Positions 25,828 to 33,174 of a DNA stretch of 33,174 nt are shown one piece after another. Position 1 is the stretch's first letter. Each line of letters starts with the position of its first letter. Made by a program: the position numbers and the translations under genes. This stretch comes from a virus (taxonomy: Duplodnaviria; Caudoviricetes), in IMG/VR virus record IMGVR_UViG_3300005662_000123, positions 1 through 33,174 of that record. One strand, written 5' to 3'. A model generated the notes under the pieces. That model was not told where the DNA came from. It saw only the letters and a list, made by a program, of their open reading frames with translations, and did no database searches.

Positions 25828-26434
25828 TCTTTTTACTATTAAAGGTGTTATCTAATAACGCAAAACTCTCATTTGGAATCCTAGCTAGGTCGTCGTTGTA
25901 ATCTACTCTCATGCCACTAGGAACTTCCTCTATTGATTTGAATACCTTTGCACTTTTCAATTGGCGTATTTCAATCAGGGAATCGTGTTTCCCTCCATAA
26001 CTAGCCGTCAATATAAAATTACTAGGAATACTCGATATTCTATTTAGCCAATAGTTAAGGCTTTTTGTATAAGCCCAAAATTCAACATCAGGTCTTGACC
26101 GAGCCAACTCGAGCCACATATCAAAATATGCCTGATTAAAAAAATCCCCCGACGCATGTATCCTAATAGCTTTACAATCTTTTGGTATTTCAGGGACTCC
26201 TCCGTTTTTTACATATTCAAAATTATCCCACCTTGATTTTCTTACTGCGGGGAATCGTTCTGCTGAACTAGCATAACATTTGTATTGACCTCTATTGATA
26301 TCAAATTTCCCCGTATATCTGTCAACCGTTACCTTGCATTCCATAGCGAAAGGACAAGTCGTTCCCGTTGGCAAATTGAATTCATATACAATGCCTTTGT
26401 AATATTTCGTGTTTTTGCTAAAATTCCCTTTCAT
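25817..26434 (-). CDS. gp88-like protein (radical-SAM-related Cys pattern)
   Basis: FNLPTGTTCPFAMEC...CYA, IRIHASGDFF, FWAYTKS. Confidence 0.7.
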   Translation of the reverse strand: MKGNFSKNTKYYKGIVYEFNLPTGTTCPFAMECKVTVDRYTGKFDINRGQYKCYASSAERFPAVRKSRWDNFEYVKNGGVPEIPKDCKAIRIHASGDFFNQAYFDMWLELARSRPDVEFWAYTKSLNYWLNRISSIPSNFILTASYGGKHDSLIEIRQLKSAKVFKSIEEVPSGMRVDYNDDLARIPNESFALLDNTFNSKKNGK

Positions 26435-26435
26435 G

Positions 26436-27092
26436 TTATTTTGATTTTTCTGCGTCCAACCTTAACTTGATTTGCCTCTTCGATTCCCACGCCTTGTTAT
26501 ATTCGACATCTTTGAATAATTTGCTAAATCCCGTTATGTGTTTCAATTTCAGGATTTCCTCGGGTTCCATTCCTAAATGGTTACAAATCTCTTCATCAGT
26601 CCAACCATTATCTAGCATATTAAATACCATGTTCGACATGCCTGATATAGAGTGCTCACCCCTCGCTCTGTTGTGCCTTATGGTTGACGCCATTCGGTCA
26701 TTTATATCCTTTTTAATGACCACAATAGGTAGCATACCATGATTCCTATCATAAATATCTTTTTGATTCTTACAAGTAAAATATCGGTGGAATCCGTCGA
26801 CAATTATGTATTTATCATTTTGCTCGTCATAAATGGTAACTGTCGGTTGGGTGTAACCATCATGTTTGATTGATTTATACAATAACCCCATTTCGACTTT
26901 CGCTACTGAATTCGGATTGTAATCATTTGGTTGCACTTTTTCAACCGGCACCCATCGAATAAAATCGACAGGCTGTTCTGTCAAGGGACTCAATTCGGTA
27001 TGGATAAATTCTCTTAGTTCATTTACGAAACCTATCAGGTCATTACTATTTTCGTATTCCTGAATAATCAGGTTTTTCAATTCGTCTTTCAT
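26436..27092 (-). CDS. ibrB: IbrB/YbdM-like ParB-N domain protein
   Basis: PNDYNPNSVA, SIKHDGYTQP, IVDGFHR, RMASTIRHNRARGEH. Confidence 0.85.
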   Translation of the reverse strand: MKDELKNLIIQEYENSNDLIGFVNELREFIHTELSPLTEQPVDFIRWVPVEKVQPNDYNPNSVAKVEMGLLYKSIKHDGYTQPTVTIYDEQNDKYIIVDGFHRYFTCKNQKDIYDRNHGMLPIVVIKKDINDRMASTIRHNRARGEHSISGMSNMVFNMLDNGWTDEEICNHLGMEPEEILKLKHITGFSKLFKDVEYNKAWESKRQIKLRLDAEKSK

Positions 27093-27379
27093 CAGTTTTT
27101 ATTAATTAATGTTATTACTAAAATGCAACCCAAAACATATCCTATTGATAACGCAAACGCCATTCGTAATCTATCGCTCCAAAGTTTTGACTCCACCATA
27201 TACCCCGCAAAAGGCAACCCCAAAAATGGTCCGATAAATGCAAAGAACAACATACCGATAGGATTCTCTTCGGATACATATTTTATGTAAAATGTACTGC
27301 AAATTTCAATGATAAACGCTGAAAATGAAATTATTACATATTTGAGGTACCCCCCGCTGAATCCCTTTACCATAGCCAA
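27092..27379 (-). CDS. Small 3-TM membrane protein (start uncertain)
   Basis: Three hydrophobic segments; the ATG lies within repeat copy C. Confidence 0.65.
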   Translation of the reverse strand: MAMVKGFSGGYLKYVIISFSAFIIEICSTFYIKYVSEENPIGMLFFAFIGPFLGLPFAGYMVESKLWSDRLRMAFALSIGYVLGCILVITLINKN

Positions 27380-27463
27380 CTCTGTATTTCACGATTAAAA
27401 TGATATCTATATCCAAAGATACATGAAAGTCTCTGTAATCGCCTAAAAATGCCCTTAAATCGC
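27357..27463 (-). repeat. 107-bp dispersed element, copy C
   Basis: Same blocks and identical spacing to copies A and B. Confidence 0.9.
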
Positions 27464-27466
27464 ATT

Positions 27467-28651
27467 CTAGTTATTTTCCAAAATCTCTCTAATTTCATGG
27501 TTTTCTAGGTATTTTGGGTACATCAAAATCTCCTTGTTTCTCTTACCATTTTTAAATCTTCGATAGCAAAATACGGGTTGGGCGGTTTCCCAATTGACCA
27601 ATTTTGTAAAGTCCCAATCGCTCGATAAAATTGTTTTTACAATGGTTTTCCAAAAATCATTTACTATCAATGGTGCACTGAAAAACTCCTCTTTACTTTT
27701 GATTTTGGCATACAATAATTCTCGATTTGATTCCTCTTGTATTATGTTTTCCGCTAGGTGCAACGCATACTCTTTCCATGATTCAAACATATAAGGAAGT
27801 TCGGTAGGACATCGAAAACTATTCAATTTGATATGCTTAATGGTATTCGCTCCGTCTATTCGGTTACATATTTTTTCCCAAGTTTCAGGTTCGATTTCCT
27901 GAACTAATAGCAACGATTGAATCGCAGTCTCATGGTGGACATTCGATATTCGCATATCATTTATCTTAACTCCATGTTTATACATTTCATCGTAAATCCG
28001 ATTATAACTCCATTTGTTATCATGGATTGATTTCCAAATATCCGAGTAACTCCAATCGTAAAGTGGATGAAACGAATAGTGCTCTCTTTTTTTATCCTCG
28101 ACCTTTCCCCAAGTAATATGCTTATAGGTTGCCTCATTTACCAAACCTATCATTCGTTTCGGGGATTCTTCTGCTCTTACTCCCGTTAGATTGCAAGTTT
28201 TTTGGTCACCCCATAACTTAATCATTATCGCTTTGAATAAGTCATGAAATCTATCTGTCCCGAAAATGTTTTCCTTTATTGATATTTCATGTTGCGGGTG
28301 TATCCATTTGTCCTTGTCCTCTTCATTCCAACAATAATTGTATCGATTATAGCTAGACGCATTATTCGTTATTACCATAGGCATTTGAAACCAATATGGT
28401 TCCACATCGGGATTCGTCATTATCTCTTCGACCAAATCAATAGTCCCTTTCCATTCAGCCTCTTGGTCCACAAATAATACCTTGAGTGGCAACCTATTTT
28501 TTTCCCTAGCTACTTGCATAGCCAAATTGAAAATAACAGTGCTATCTTTACCACCTGAATAATTGACCACTACATTTGGGAACTCTTCAAATATATATCT
28601 AATGCGGTCAATCCCTGATTGATAAACATCTGTATTTAGATATATTTTCAT
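27467..28651 (-). CDS. ibrA: PAPS-reductase-family PP-loop protein, IbrA/YbdN-like
   Basis: YSGGKDS PP-loop, FVDQE, GVRAEESPKR, PLYDWSYSDIW, MRIS. Confidence 0.85.
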   Translation of the reverse strand: MKIYLNTDVYQSGIDRIRYIFEEFPNVVVNYSGGKDSTVIFNLAMQVAREKNRLPLKVLFVDQEAEWKGTIDLVEEIMTNPDVEPYWFQMPMVITNNASSYNRYNYCWNEEDKDKWIHPQHEISIKENIFGTDRFHDLFKAIMIKLWGDQKTCNLTGVRAEESPKRMIGLVNEATYKHITWGKVEDKKREHYSFHPLYDWSYSDIWKSIHDNKWSYNRIYDEMYKHGVKINDMRISNVHHETAIQSLLLVQEIEPETWEKICNRIDGANTIKHIKLNSFRCPTELPYMFESWKEYALHLAENIIQEESNRELLYAKIKSKEEFFSAPLIVNDFWKTIVKTILSSDWDFTKLVNWETAQPVFCYRRFKNGKRNKEILMYPKYLENHEIREILENN

Positions 28652-29151
28652 TTAGTAATCCTGTCAATATTTATATTAATCGGGGTGTTGTTGGCGTAAT
28701 CAATTAGCTTTTGTTTTACCTGATTAAAGGGTAGGATTTCCTTTGAATCAATGCTAACGGCAATATAGTAAACCGCCTCTTTGTCCTTTGCTAATAATTG
28801 GTGGGGACTATGAGTATCTAGCAAAATAATCATGTTATCCTCTAGTGGAGTCTCTACCAAATCAATCCCCCTCAAAACAAAATTATCCACCTTTACAATC
28901 AAATGCCATGTATATCTAGGATATCTCGGGTCGGTATGTAACGGGGTTTGCTTTGTAACTCCAATCCAATGCGGTTCGCTAGTTGTTTGTGAGCCACCCC
29001 ATGTTTTTAATTGATGTCCCTTTGCCACTAATACCTCTCGTACTTTGGATTCATCGAATTCAAATTTTACCCCTTGTATTTTAGAATAAGAATCTAAAAC
29101 AGGATTCGTCTTTTGCCACTCTTTTAATTGGATATCCCACTTGACATTCAT
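28648..29151 (-). CDS. 2OG-Fe(II) dioxygenase-like / cupin protein
   Basis: PLHTD (HxD) and distal DTHSPH. Confidence 0.55.
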   Translation of the reverse strand: MNVKWDIQLKEWQKTNPVLDSYSKIQGVKFEFDESKVREVLVAKGHQLKTWGGSQTTSEPHWIGVTKQTPLHTDPRYPRYTWHLIVKVDNFVLRGIDLVETPLEDNMIILLDTHSPHQLLAKDKEAVYYIAVSIDSKEILPFNQVKQKLIDYANNTPININIDRITK

Positions 29152-29155
29152 AGCG

Positions 29156-29695
29156 TTATCTTTTAATTAGGAAATATGTTGCACAACCAACCTCTTCGGT
29201 TATCTCGAAATCAGGGATTCCAATTTCATTCGTGAATTGTTTTACCGCTTTATTGACTCCTTTATGCTGAAAATCATGTCCGCATAAAATCCCGCCTAAG
29301 CGTACTTTACCCCACCAATGAATCAAATCCTCATAGCAGTATTTATAATCGTGGTTAGCGTCTATATAGACTAAATCTAGGCTATTATCCTGAAACTCCT
29401 TTACCGCCTCCATTGATATTTTTCTTATAATGTCGACATTCGGGTTATTGCTAAATCTAGATTTGACTTTCTCGTGTATGGAATCATAAGTTTCCTGAGT
29501 GAAATCCTTGTAATCCCCAAAAATATCATGGTCAAATTTTATCCATGGGTCCACTAGGGTTAATCTTTTAGGATTGCATTGTAATAGGTGGTTAGAAAAT
29601 GCACCCCTTAATACGCCTACCTCAACGAAATGCCCTGATAAATTATACTGCTTGGTTATCGTTTTGATTCGCTCTTCTCTTTTTAATCGTTTCAT
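29156..29695 (-). CDS. Class I SAM methyltransferase (Methyltransf_24-like)
   Basis: VEVGVLRG, VDPW, DLVYIDANHDY, GGILCGHDF. Confidence 0.85.
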   Translation of the reverse strand: MKRLKREERIKTITKQYNLSGHFVEVGVLRGAFSNHLLQCNPKRLTLVDPWIKFDHDIFGDYKDFTQETYDSIHEKVKSRFSNNPNVDIIRKISMEAVKEFQDNSLDLVYIDANHDYKYCYEDLIHWWGKVRLGGILCGHDFQHKGVNKAVKQFTNEIGIPDFEITEEVGCATYFLIKR

Positions 29696-30264
29696 GGTTG
29701 GAATGTTTTTGATTGTCTTTTTGAACTTCGTCTTTTATCAATAGCTGAACGCTCTTCCATATGGTCCACTAGGTTAGGACAATATATCATGTATTTTACT
29801 CTATTTTGGGCACCCCAATCTGCAATTACATGGTCGGATGGACAGGATTTTTCGTCCGTATATTCATAGAATTTATGACTGAATTCCCAAATTTCCCTAG
29901 CTACTCCTTTTGGTAAATAATAGCATTGTTGCATCATGAAATTGGATAGCGGTTCCATTCTAGTCCCCACCTCTAAATCTTTTTTTCTCATGCTGAAAAA
30001 TTGGATAATGGTATTCGGGTTTTCTGCTATTACCTTTTCGATTTTGTTTTTAAAATCCGAGGTCAAGATAATGTCATCGTCCATTTGAACGCAAGGCTCG
30101 TCCCCCGCTATTTTCCAACCTCTTTGATAGTTAAACCATGCGGTTGAAGTAAATTTCCCTGAATCAGTAAAATCGTCAAAATTGATTATTACTTCAGGTA
30201 GTTGGTCTTGGATTCTTTTTGCAAGGTGTTCTCGACCCTTACATGTCATTACGATATATTTCAT
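29692..30264 (-). CDS. GT-A glycosyltransferase-like protein
   Basis: IVMT..GR start, QMDDDII DxD motif, PSD, PNLVDH. Confidence 0.7.
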   Translation of the reverse strand: MKYIVMTCKGREHLAKRIQDQLPEVIINFDDFTDSGKFTSTAWFNYQRGWKIAGDEPCVQMDDDIILTSDFKNKIEKVIAENPNTIIQFFSMRKKDLEVGTRMEPLSNFMMQQCYYLPKGVAREIWEFSHKFYEYTDEKSCPSDHVIADWGAQNRVKYMIYCPNLVDHMEERSAIDKRRSSKRQSKTFQP

Positions 30265-30457
30265 TTTTTCTTATTTGATTAACTATTAAATTGTCCCGCA
30301 TATCATAAGGTCCTAGATTATATGTCAAAAAACTCTTAGTTTCAATATTGAATAATCTAACCATGAGGTAGCCTAATTCACTTTCATAAATCCCGTCCAC
30401 TTCATATTGATTGGTGCCAATTTTTATCTGTGCTTTTTTAGGATATTTTGAACTCAT
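30239..30457 (-). CDS. Hypothetical protein
   Basis: 72 aa overlapping both neighbours. Confidence 0.65.
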   Translation of the reverse strand: MSSKYPKKAQIKIGTNQYEVDGIYESELGYLMVRLFNIETKSFLTYNLGPYDMRDNLIVNQIRKNEIYRNDM

Positions 30458-30968
30458 GACCGCAATTTGGACACATAACTTCGTGCGATTTTTGAGACTT
30501 GACCATTTGTTCTGCTAACTCTTTTGCTTTCTTTTCAATCTCGTCTTTTGTAATATCATTGGTATCGATAGTCGGCTCGTATACGGGAACATATGTGGAT
30601 TCAACAACGGGCAAGTCCATACCCCAATCCCCTAATTCAGTCGTATCCCAAATGTTAGCTAGAATGTCATAGTCCCACTCTCCGTAGTTCAAATTATCCT
30701 TAATCAAAAACTCATTCTGTTGCTCCAATGATAAACCCGAGGCGTCCAAAACAGGCACTTCCTTATAGCCTAATTCTTTCAGGACAAATAATCTCATGTT
30801 GCCACCCAATACCTCATTTTTTTCATTGATAACCAAAGGGCGTAAATTAAGCATTTCAGGGAACTTTTGTATTGATTCCTTTAATTTCTTATATCGCTCC
30901 GTTTTTATTGTTCTAGGATTGCTAGGGTGTGCCACTAGCGTCTCGATTCTAACCGATTTTATTTTCAT
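30438..30968 (-). CDS. ParB-N/sulfiredoxin-like protein with C-terminal Zn ribbon
   Basis: NPRTI, RPLVI, LGGNMR, IKDN..YGEWD, CPNCGHEF. Confidence 0.82.
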   Translation of the reverse strand: MKIKSVRIETLVAHPSNPRTIKTERYKKLKESIQKFPEMLNLRPLVINEKNEVLGGNMRLFVLKELGYKEVPVLDASGLSLEQQNEFLIKDNLNYGEWDYDILANIWDTTELGDWGMDLPVVESTYVPVYEPTIDTNDITKDEIEKKAKELAEQMVKSQKSHEVMCPNCGHEFKIS

Positions 30969-31341
30969 CTTGATATGTTTTAAAAATTTCTTGTAATTGT
31001 GCCAACATGGAATTCAGGCAAGGTCCACAATTTGTTGGCTCGTTTCTTTTATTAAAGACTCTGCTATGGATTGCTAATAGCGTTTGTTGTTCGCTAGGTT
31101 TAATGACCTCCCTAGGATTGTCATACCATTGTTTGAGCCACTCATATTCGTGCTCTACAAGGCAATTAATTTTCTTATAAGGGAATAACTCATTGAGTCT
31201 TTGCTTTCGCTCTTCGCAACCGCAATCGTCCCCTAGAATCCATTTTGCCACTTTCCCGATTCCCGTTGAATCAAGTATCTTTTCAACAGAATCCCCCAAC
31301 CCCTTGCTCTGTACCTTCGACGTAGTTTTCCTCTTTGCCAT
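30949..31341 (-). CDS. Cys-containing hypothetical protein
   Basis: KGLGDSVEK..TGI..DCGCEERK..LN, CGPC. Confidence 0.75.
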   Translation of the reverse strand: MAKRKTTSKVQSKGLGDSVEKILDSTGIGKVAKWILGDDCGCEERKQRLNELFPYKKINCLVEHEYEWLKQWYDNPREVIKPSEQQTLLAIHSRVFNKRNEPTNCGPCLNSMLAQLQEIFKTYQDENKIG

Positions 31342-31525
31342 TTTCTTTGTTTTTAAAGTGATTTAATGATAACTGAAATAGGTCATTTCTTAATGCCTGA
31401 TTCTCTCTTTTTAGTTGCTCAATCTCATCGTGTAACTCCTCGTATTTACGATAAAATTCTTTTGATTTCTCTTTTCTATGTTTGAGTTCCTTATCTAGAA
31501 CCTCAAGTATATGTTCCATTTTCAT
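31283..31525 (-). CDS. Coiled-coil hypothetical protein
   Basis: 80 aa with heptad pattern. Confidence 0.65.
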   Translation of the reverse strand: MKMEHILEVLDKELKHRKEKSKEFYRKYEELHDEIEQLKRENQALRNDLFQLSLNHFKNKENGKEENYVEGTEQGVGGFC

Positions 31526-31620
31526 AAGTATTTTTCAATTAAATGAAGTGCGATTTGAGACGCCCCGATTCCCGCCATGAAGTGCAAAAATCTGTCCCAC
31601 ATTATTTTCCGATTACTCAT
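31522..31620 (-). CDS. Small protein MSNRKIMWDRFLHFMAGIGASQIALHLIEKYL (32 aa)
   Basis: Manual translation; stop overlaps the next start (ATGA). Confidence 0.55.
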   Translation of the reverse strand: MSNRKIMWDRFLHFMAGIGASQIALHLIEKYL

Positions 31621-31711
31621 TGTATCCCTGAATTAAAATTAAAAAAATGAGCGTCCACAATGAATCATGCACTCGATCCGTTGCTCTTCTAAATAACCTA
31701 AAAATTTCCAT
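31613..31711 (-). CDS. Small protein MEIFRLFRRATDRVHDSLWTLIFLILIQGYNE (32 aa)
   Basis: Starts 3 nt after the sigma stop; ATGAGTAA overlap with next ORF. Confidence 0.5.
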   Translation of the reverse strand: MEIFRLFRRATDRVHDSLWTLIFLILIQGYNE

Positions 31712-31714
31712 AGC

Positions 31715-32257
31715 TTAAATAATTTTGTCATAGTCCTGATTCTTTAAATCTTGGTAATCCTCACCGACTGCCTGATTGATTCTTTGCTTACATTTCTTTA
31801 TCGTGTTGAAAATACTATCAGTGCTTATTCGTGTTTCTTTGCTCAATTGTCTCATGCTTTTATCCCCCTTTTGATATATGGTAAATAATTTCTTATCGTA
31901 CCAATGCCATGAATCAATTTCCTTTTGTATTCGTTCCTGAATAATGTCACTACAAATATAGTGTTCTATTTCGATATAAACATCATTTTGTTCCCTGATT
32001 GAATCCAACCCTATTTTTTTGTATTTCGATTTTTGCTTTTGATATGTGGTATAGTAGTTTTTTAAAACTATCCAAATGAATCCCTTATTGACCTCTCCGT
32101 TAGTTATGAATTTTTCGATATCCCCGTATTTATGAAGTCTCAAATACATTTCCTGAACTATGTCCTCTGCGTAAACGGGTTCCCCAAATGACCGCACAAT
32201 TGCAACCCATTCTTTATGGTGTCGATATAGGATTGAAAGCCACTCATTTGTATTCAC
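31715..32257 (-). CDS. Phage-encoded sigma-70 (ECF-like) factor
   Basis: AEDIVQEMYLRL (region 2) and SMRQLSKETRISTDSIFNTIKK (region 4 HTH). Confidence 0.82.
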   Translation of the reverse strand: MNTNEWLSILYRHHKEWVAIVRSFGEPVYAEDIVQEMYLRLHKYGDIEKFITNGEVNKGFIWIVLKNYYTTYQKQKSKYKKIGLDSIREQNDVYIEIEHYICSDIIQERIQKEIDSWHWYDKKLFTIYQKGDKSMRQLSKETRISTDSIFNTIKKCKQRINQAVGEDYQDLKNQDYDKII

Positions 32258-32261
32258 GAAT

Positions 32262-32269
32262 CAAAGCTA
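32262..32269 (-). promoter_or_regulatory. -7 box TAGCTTTG for the sigma gene
   Basis: TAnnTTTG-ATTC-GTG, same geometry as TATCTTTG-ATTC-ATG at 5107-5093. Confidence 0.6.
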
Positions 32270-32270
32270 C

Positions 32271-32302
32271 AAAAAAAATGAGTACCCCGAAAGGCACCCA
32301 TT
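32271..32302 (-). terminator. Intrinsic terminator
   Basis: ATGGGTGCCT-TTCG-GGGTACTCAT followed by a T run. Confidence 0.85.
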
Positions 32303-32313
32303 TATATTTCGAT

Positions 32314-32514
32314 TTACATAGGATTTTCTAAAACATATTTTTGGAGTTTCAATAGCGAATCTAGGGAAACAGGTGCACCATTCAAAAAATTGTCTAGGGT
32401 ATATTGGTGGAATTTTTCCCCGTCTTTTTTTATGGTTGCAACTATGCTGTTTTTAGATTTTTTAGTCAGGATTTCCCTGATTGCTTGTCTTAACTCTTCG
32501 TCCTTTATATACAT
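32314..32514 (-). CDS. Small Cro/HTH-like DNA-binding protein
   Basis: 66 aa, QYTLDNFLNG..VSLDSLLKL. Confidence 0.55.
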   Translation of the reverse strand: MYIKDEELRQAIREILTKKSKNSIVATIKKDGEKFHQYTLDNFLNGAPVSLDSLLKLQKYVLENPM

Positions 32515-32525
32515 AAATTATCTTA

Positions 32526-32810
32526 TTAAAATGGTAAATCATCGTCATCTTCGTATTCCTGTTCAATGTCCCTAGAAAACATTTTGTTAGCCTCGTTTTC
32601 GGCATATTTCCTAGCGTCAAATTGTTCGGGTTTTTTATATGGTTCCTGAAAGGAAATACTCATATATTTAGTGCCCTCTTTTGATATGTTAATCCATGCT
32701 GAAATTTCCATGTCCTTTCCGTTGACATTTGCAGTCCCTCGATAATCAGGTTGTTTCTCATTCGTCTTTTTGTTAGTGAATAGTGCTCCACTATTTAGCT
32801 TGTTACTCAT
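32526..32810 (-). CDS. DUF736-like / putative ssDNA-binding protein
   Basis: GALFTN..KQPDYRG..ISAW..YMSISF with acidic tail DDDDLPF. Confidence 0.65.
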   Translation of the reverse strand: MSNKLNSGALFTNKKTNEKQPDYRGTANVNGKDMEISAWINISKEGTKYMSISFQEPYKKPEQFDARKYAENEANKMFSRDIEQEYEDDDDLPF

Positions 32811-32829
32811 TTCTATTTTGTATTTTTGG

Positions 32830-33135
32830 TTAATAAATCCACTTTAAAAATTTCCTGATAATCCCGACCTCTTCATTCGTTTTATGGTCGTTTTTGATAT
32901 TGATTTTCTTTTTACCAATTGGCGTCGGCTTTTTACCAATCGGGGTTGGTTTTTCCTTTATCCACATTCTTTTAGTCCCGTCCTGAATGCAGTTTTCGTT
33001 TAGGAATCCTGATTGATATTGTCCGATTAGTCTTTCAGGACAACCCATGCTCCGTAATTTTCGAGCAAATTCATTCGAGGAAAAATTGTATGCCATTTCC
33101 ATTAAGGCATTTTCAAACATTTGTATTCGTTTCAT
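32830..33135 (-). CDS. Hypothetical protein with KPTPIGK duplication
   Basis: 101 aa ORF. Confidence 0.7.
   Translation of the reverse strand: MKRIQMFENALMEMAYNFSSNEFARKLRSMGCPERLIGQYQSGFLNENCIQDGTKRMWIKEKPTPIGKKPTPIGKKKINIKNDHKTNEEVGIIRKFLKWIY
32908..32949. repeat. 21-bp tandem duplication (PTPIGKK x2)
   Basis: CTTTTTACCAATTGGCGTCGG / CTTTTTACCAATCGGGGTTGG. Confidence 0.8.
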
Positions 33136-33161
33136 TTTCTAGATTTTTATAGTAATTAATC

Positions 33162-33174
33162 GTTCTTATTATTC
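33162..33174. repeat. Terminal direct repeat (right copy)
   Basis: Identical to 1-13. Confidence 0.9.

Larger units (their letters stand above)
1..33174 (-). mobile_element. Tailed dsDNA bacteriophage genome, probably complete (33,161 bp circular map), Bacteroidota host
   Basis: Terminase, portal, capsid, tail tube, tape measure, lysis and replication genes all present on one strand; 13-bp terminal overlap; Bacteroidota-type promoters. Confidence 0.93.

Noticed and set aside
27467-28651. Calling this cysH, a sulfur-metabolism auxiliary gene
   Set aside because: Length, C-terminal extension and pairing with an IbrB-like gene fit the IbrA/YbdN subfamily; the C-terminal ECGLH motif of CysH is absent
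26436-30968. ParB-like genes as a plasmid partition system
   Set aside because: No ParA ATPase; only ParB-N-type domains in an enzyme cluster
31550-31563. GCGATTTGAGACGC as another element sub-repeat
   Set aside because: Short degenerate match inside a probable small ORF, without the other blocks
476-32575. All plus-strand ORFs in the track (e.g. 476-877, 1349-1783, 14970-15497)
   Set aside because: They are antisense shadows of dense minus-strand genes, Ser/Phe/Ile-biased, with no recognisable motifs
1-33174. Stop-codon recoding
   Set aside because: The standard code gives near-complete tiling, and TAA, TAG and TGA all end genes at coupled junctions

Overview
The window appears to be a complete ~33.16 kb tailed (siphovirus-like) phage genome. 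Bases 1-13 repeat as 33162-33174, and an ORF reads through the join. All credible genes are on the minus strand. Repeated TTG-N19/20-TATATTTG promoters and A-rich start regions point to a Bacteroidota (Flavobacterium-like) host. Modules in transcription order: early small-gene cassettes; replication initiator, helicase, NinG-like protein, ERF and YqaJ-like exonuclease; SSB-like protein, HTH and a phage sigma factor; a candidate DNA-modification cluster (ParB-like, glycosyltransferase, methyltransferase, 2OG-Fe(II)-like, PAPS reductase/IbrA-like, IbrB-like, gp88-like); terminase; tail; tape measure; protease, scaffold and capsid; tail tube; portal; adaptor; lysis. I saw no integrase, DNA polymerase, tRNA or CRISPR array. 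The most unusual signals are non-coding. (1) A terminator hairpin in the replication-gene leader has a loop, GUGGUAGC, complementary to GCUACCAC at its own 5' end and at the start codons of three early genes. (2) Three 107-bp elements align without gaps, and one has a 13-bp core flipped relative to its flanks. (3) An ACA-N15-GTTATA late-promoter motif implies mostly leaderless mRNAs. (4) A -1 frameshift site gives a long dual-coding overlap. Product calls come from motif recognition only; no searches were run.
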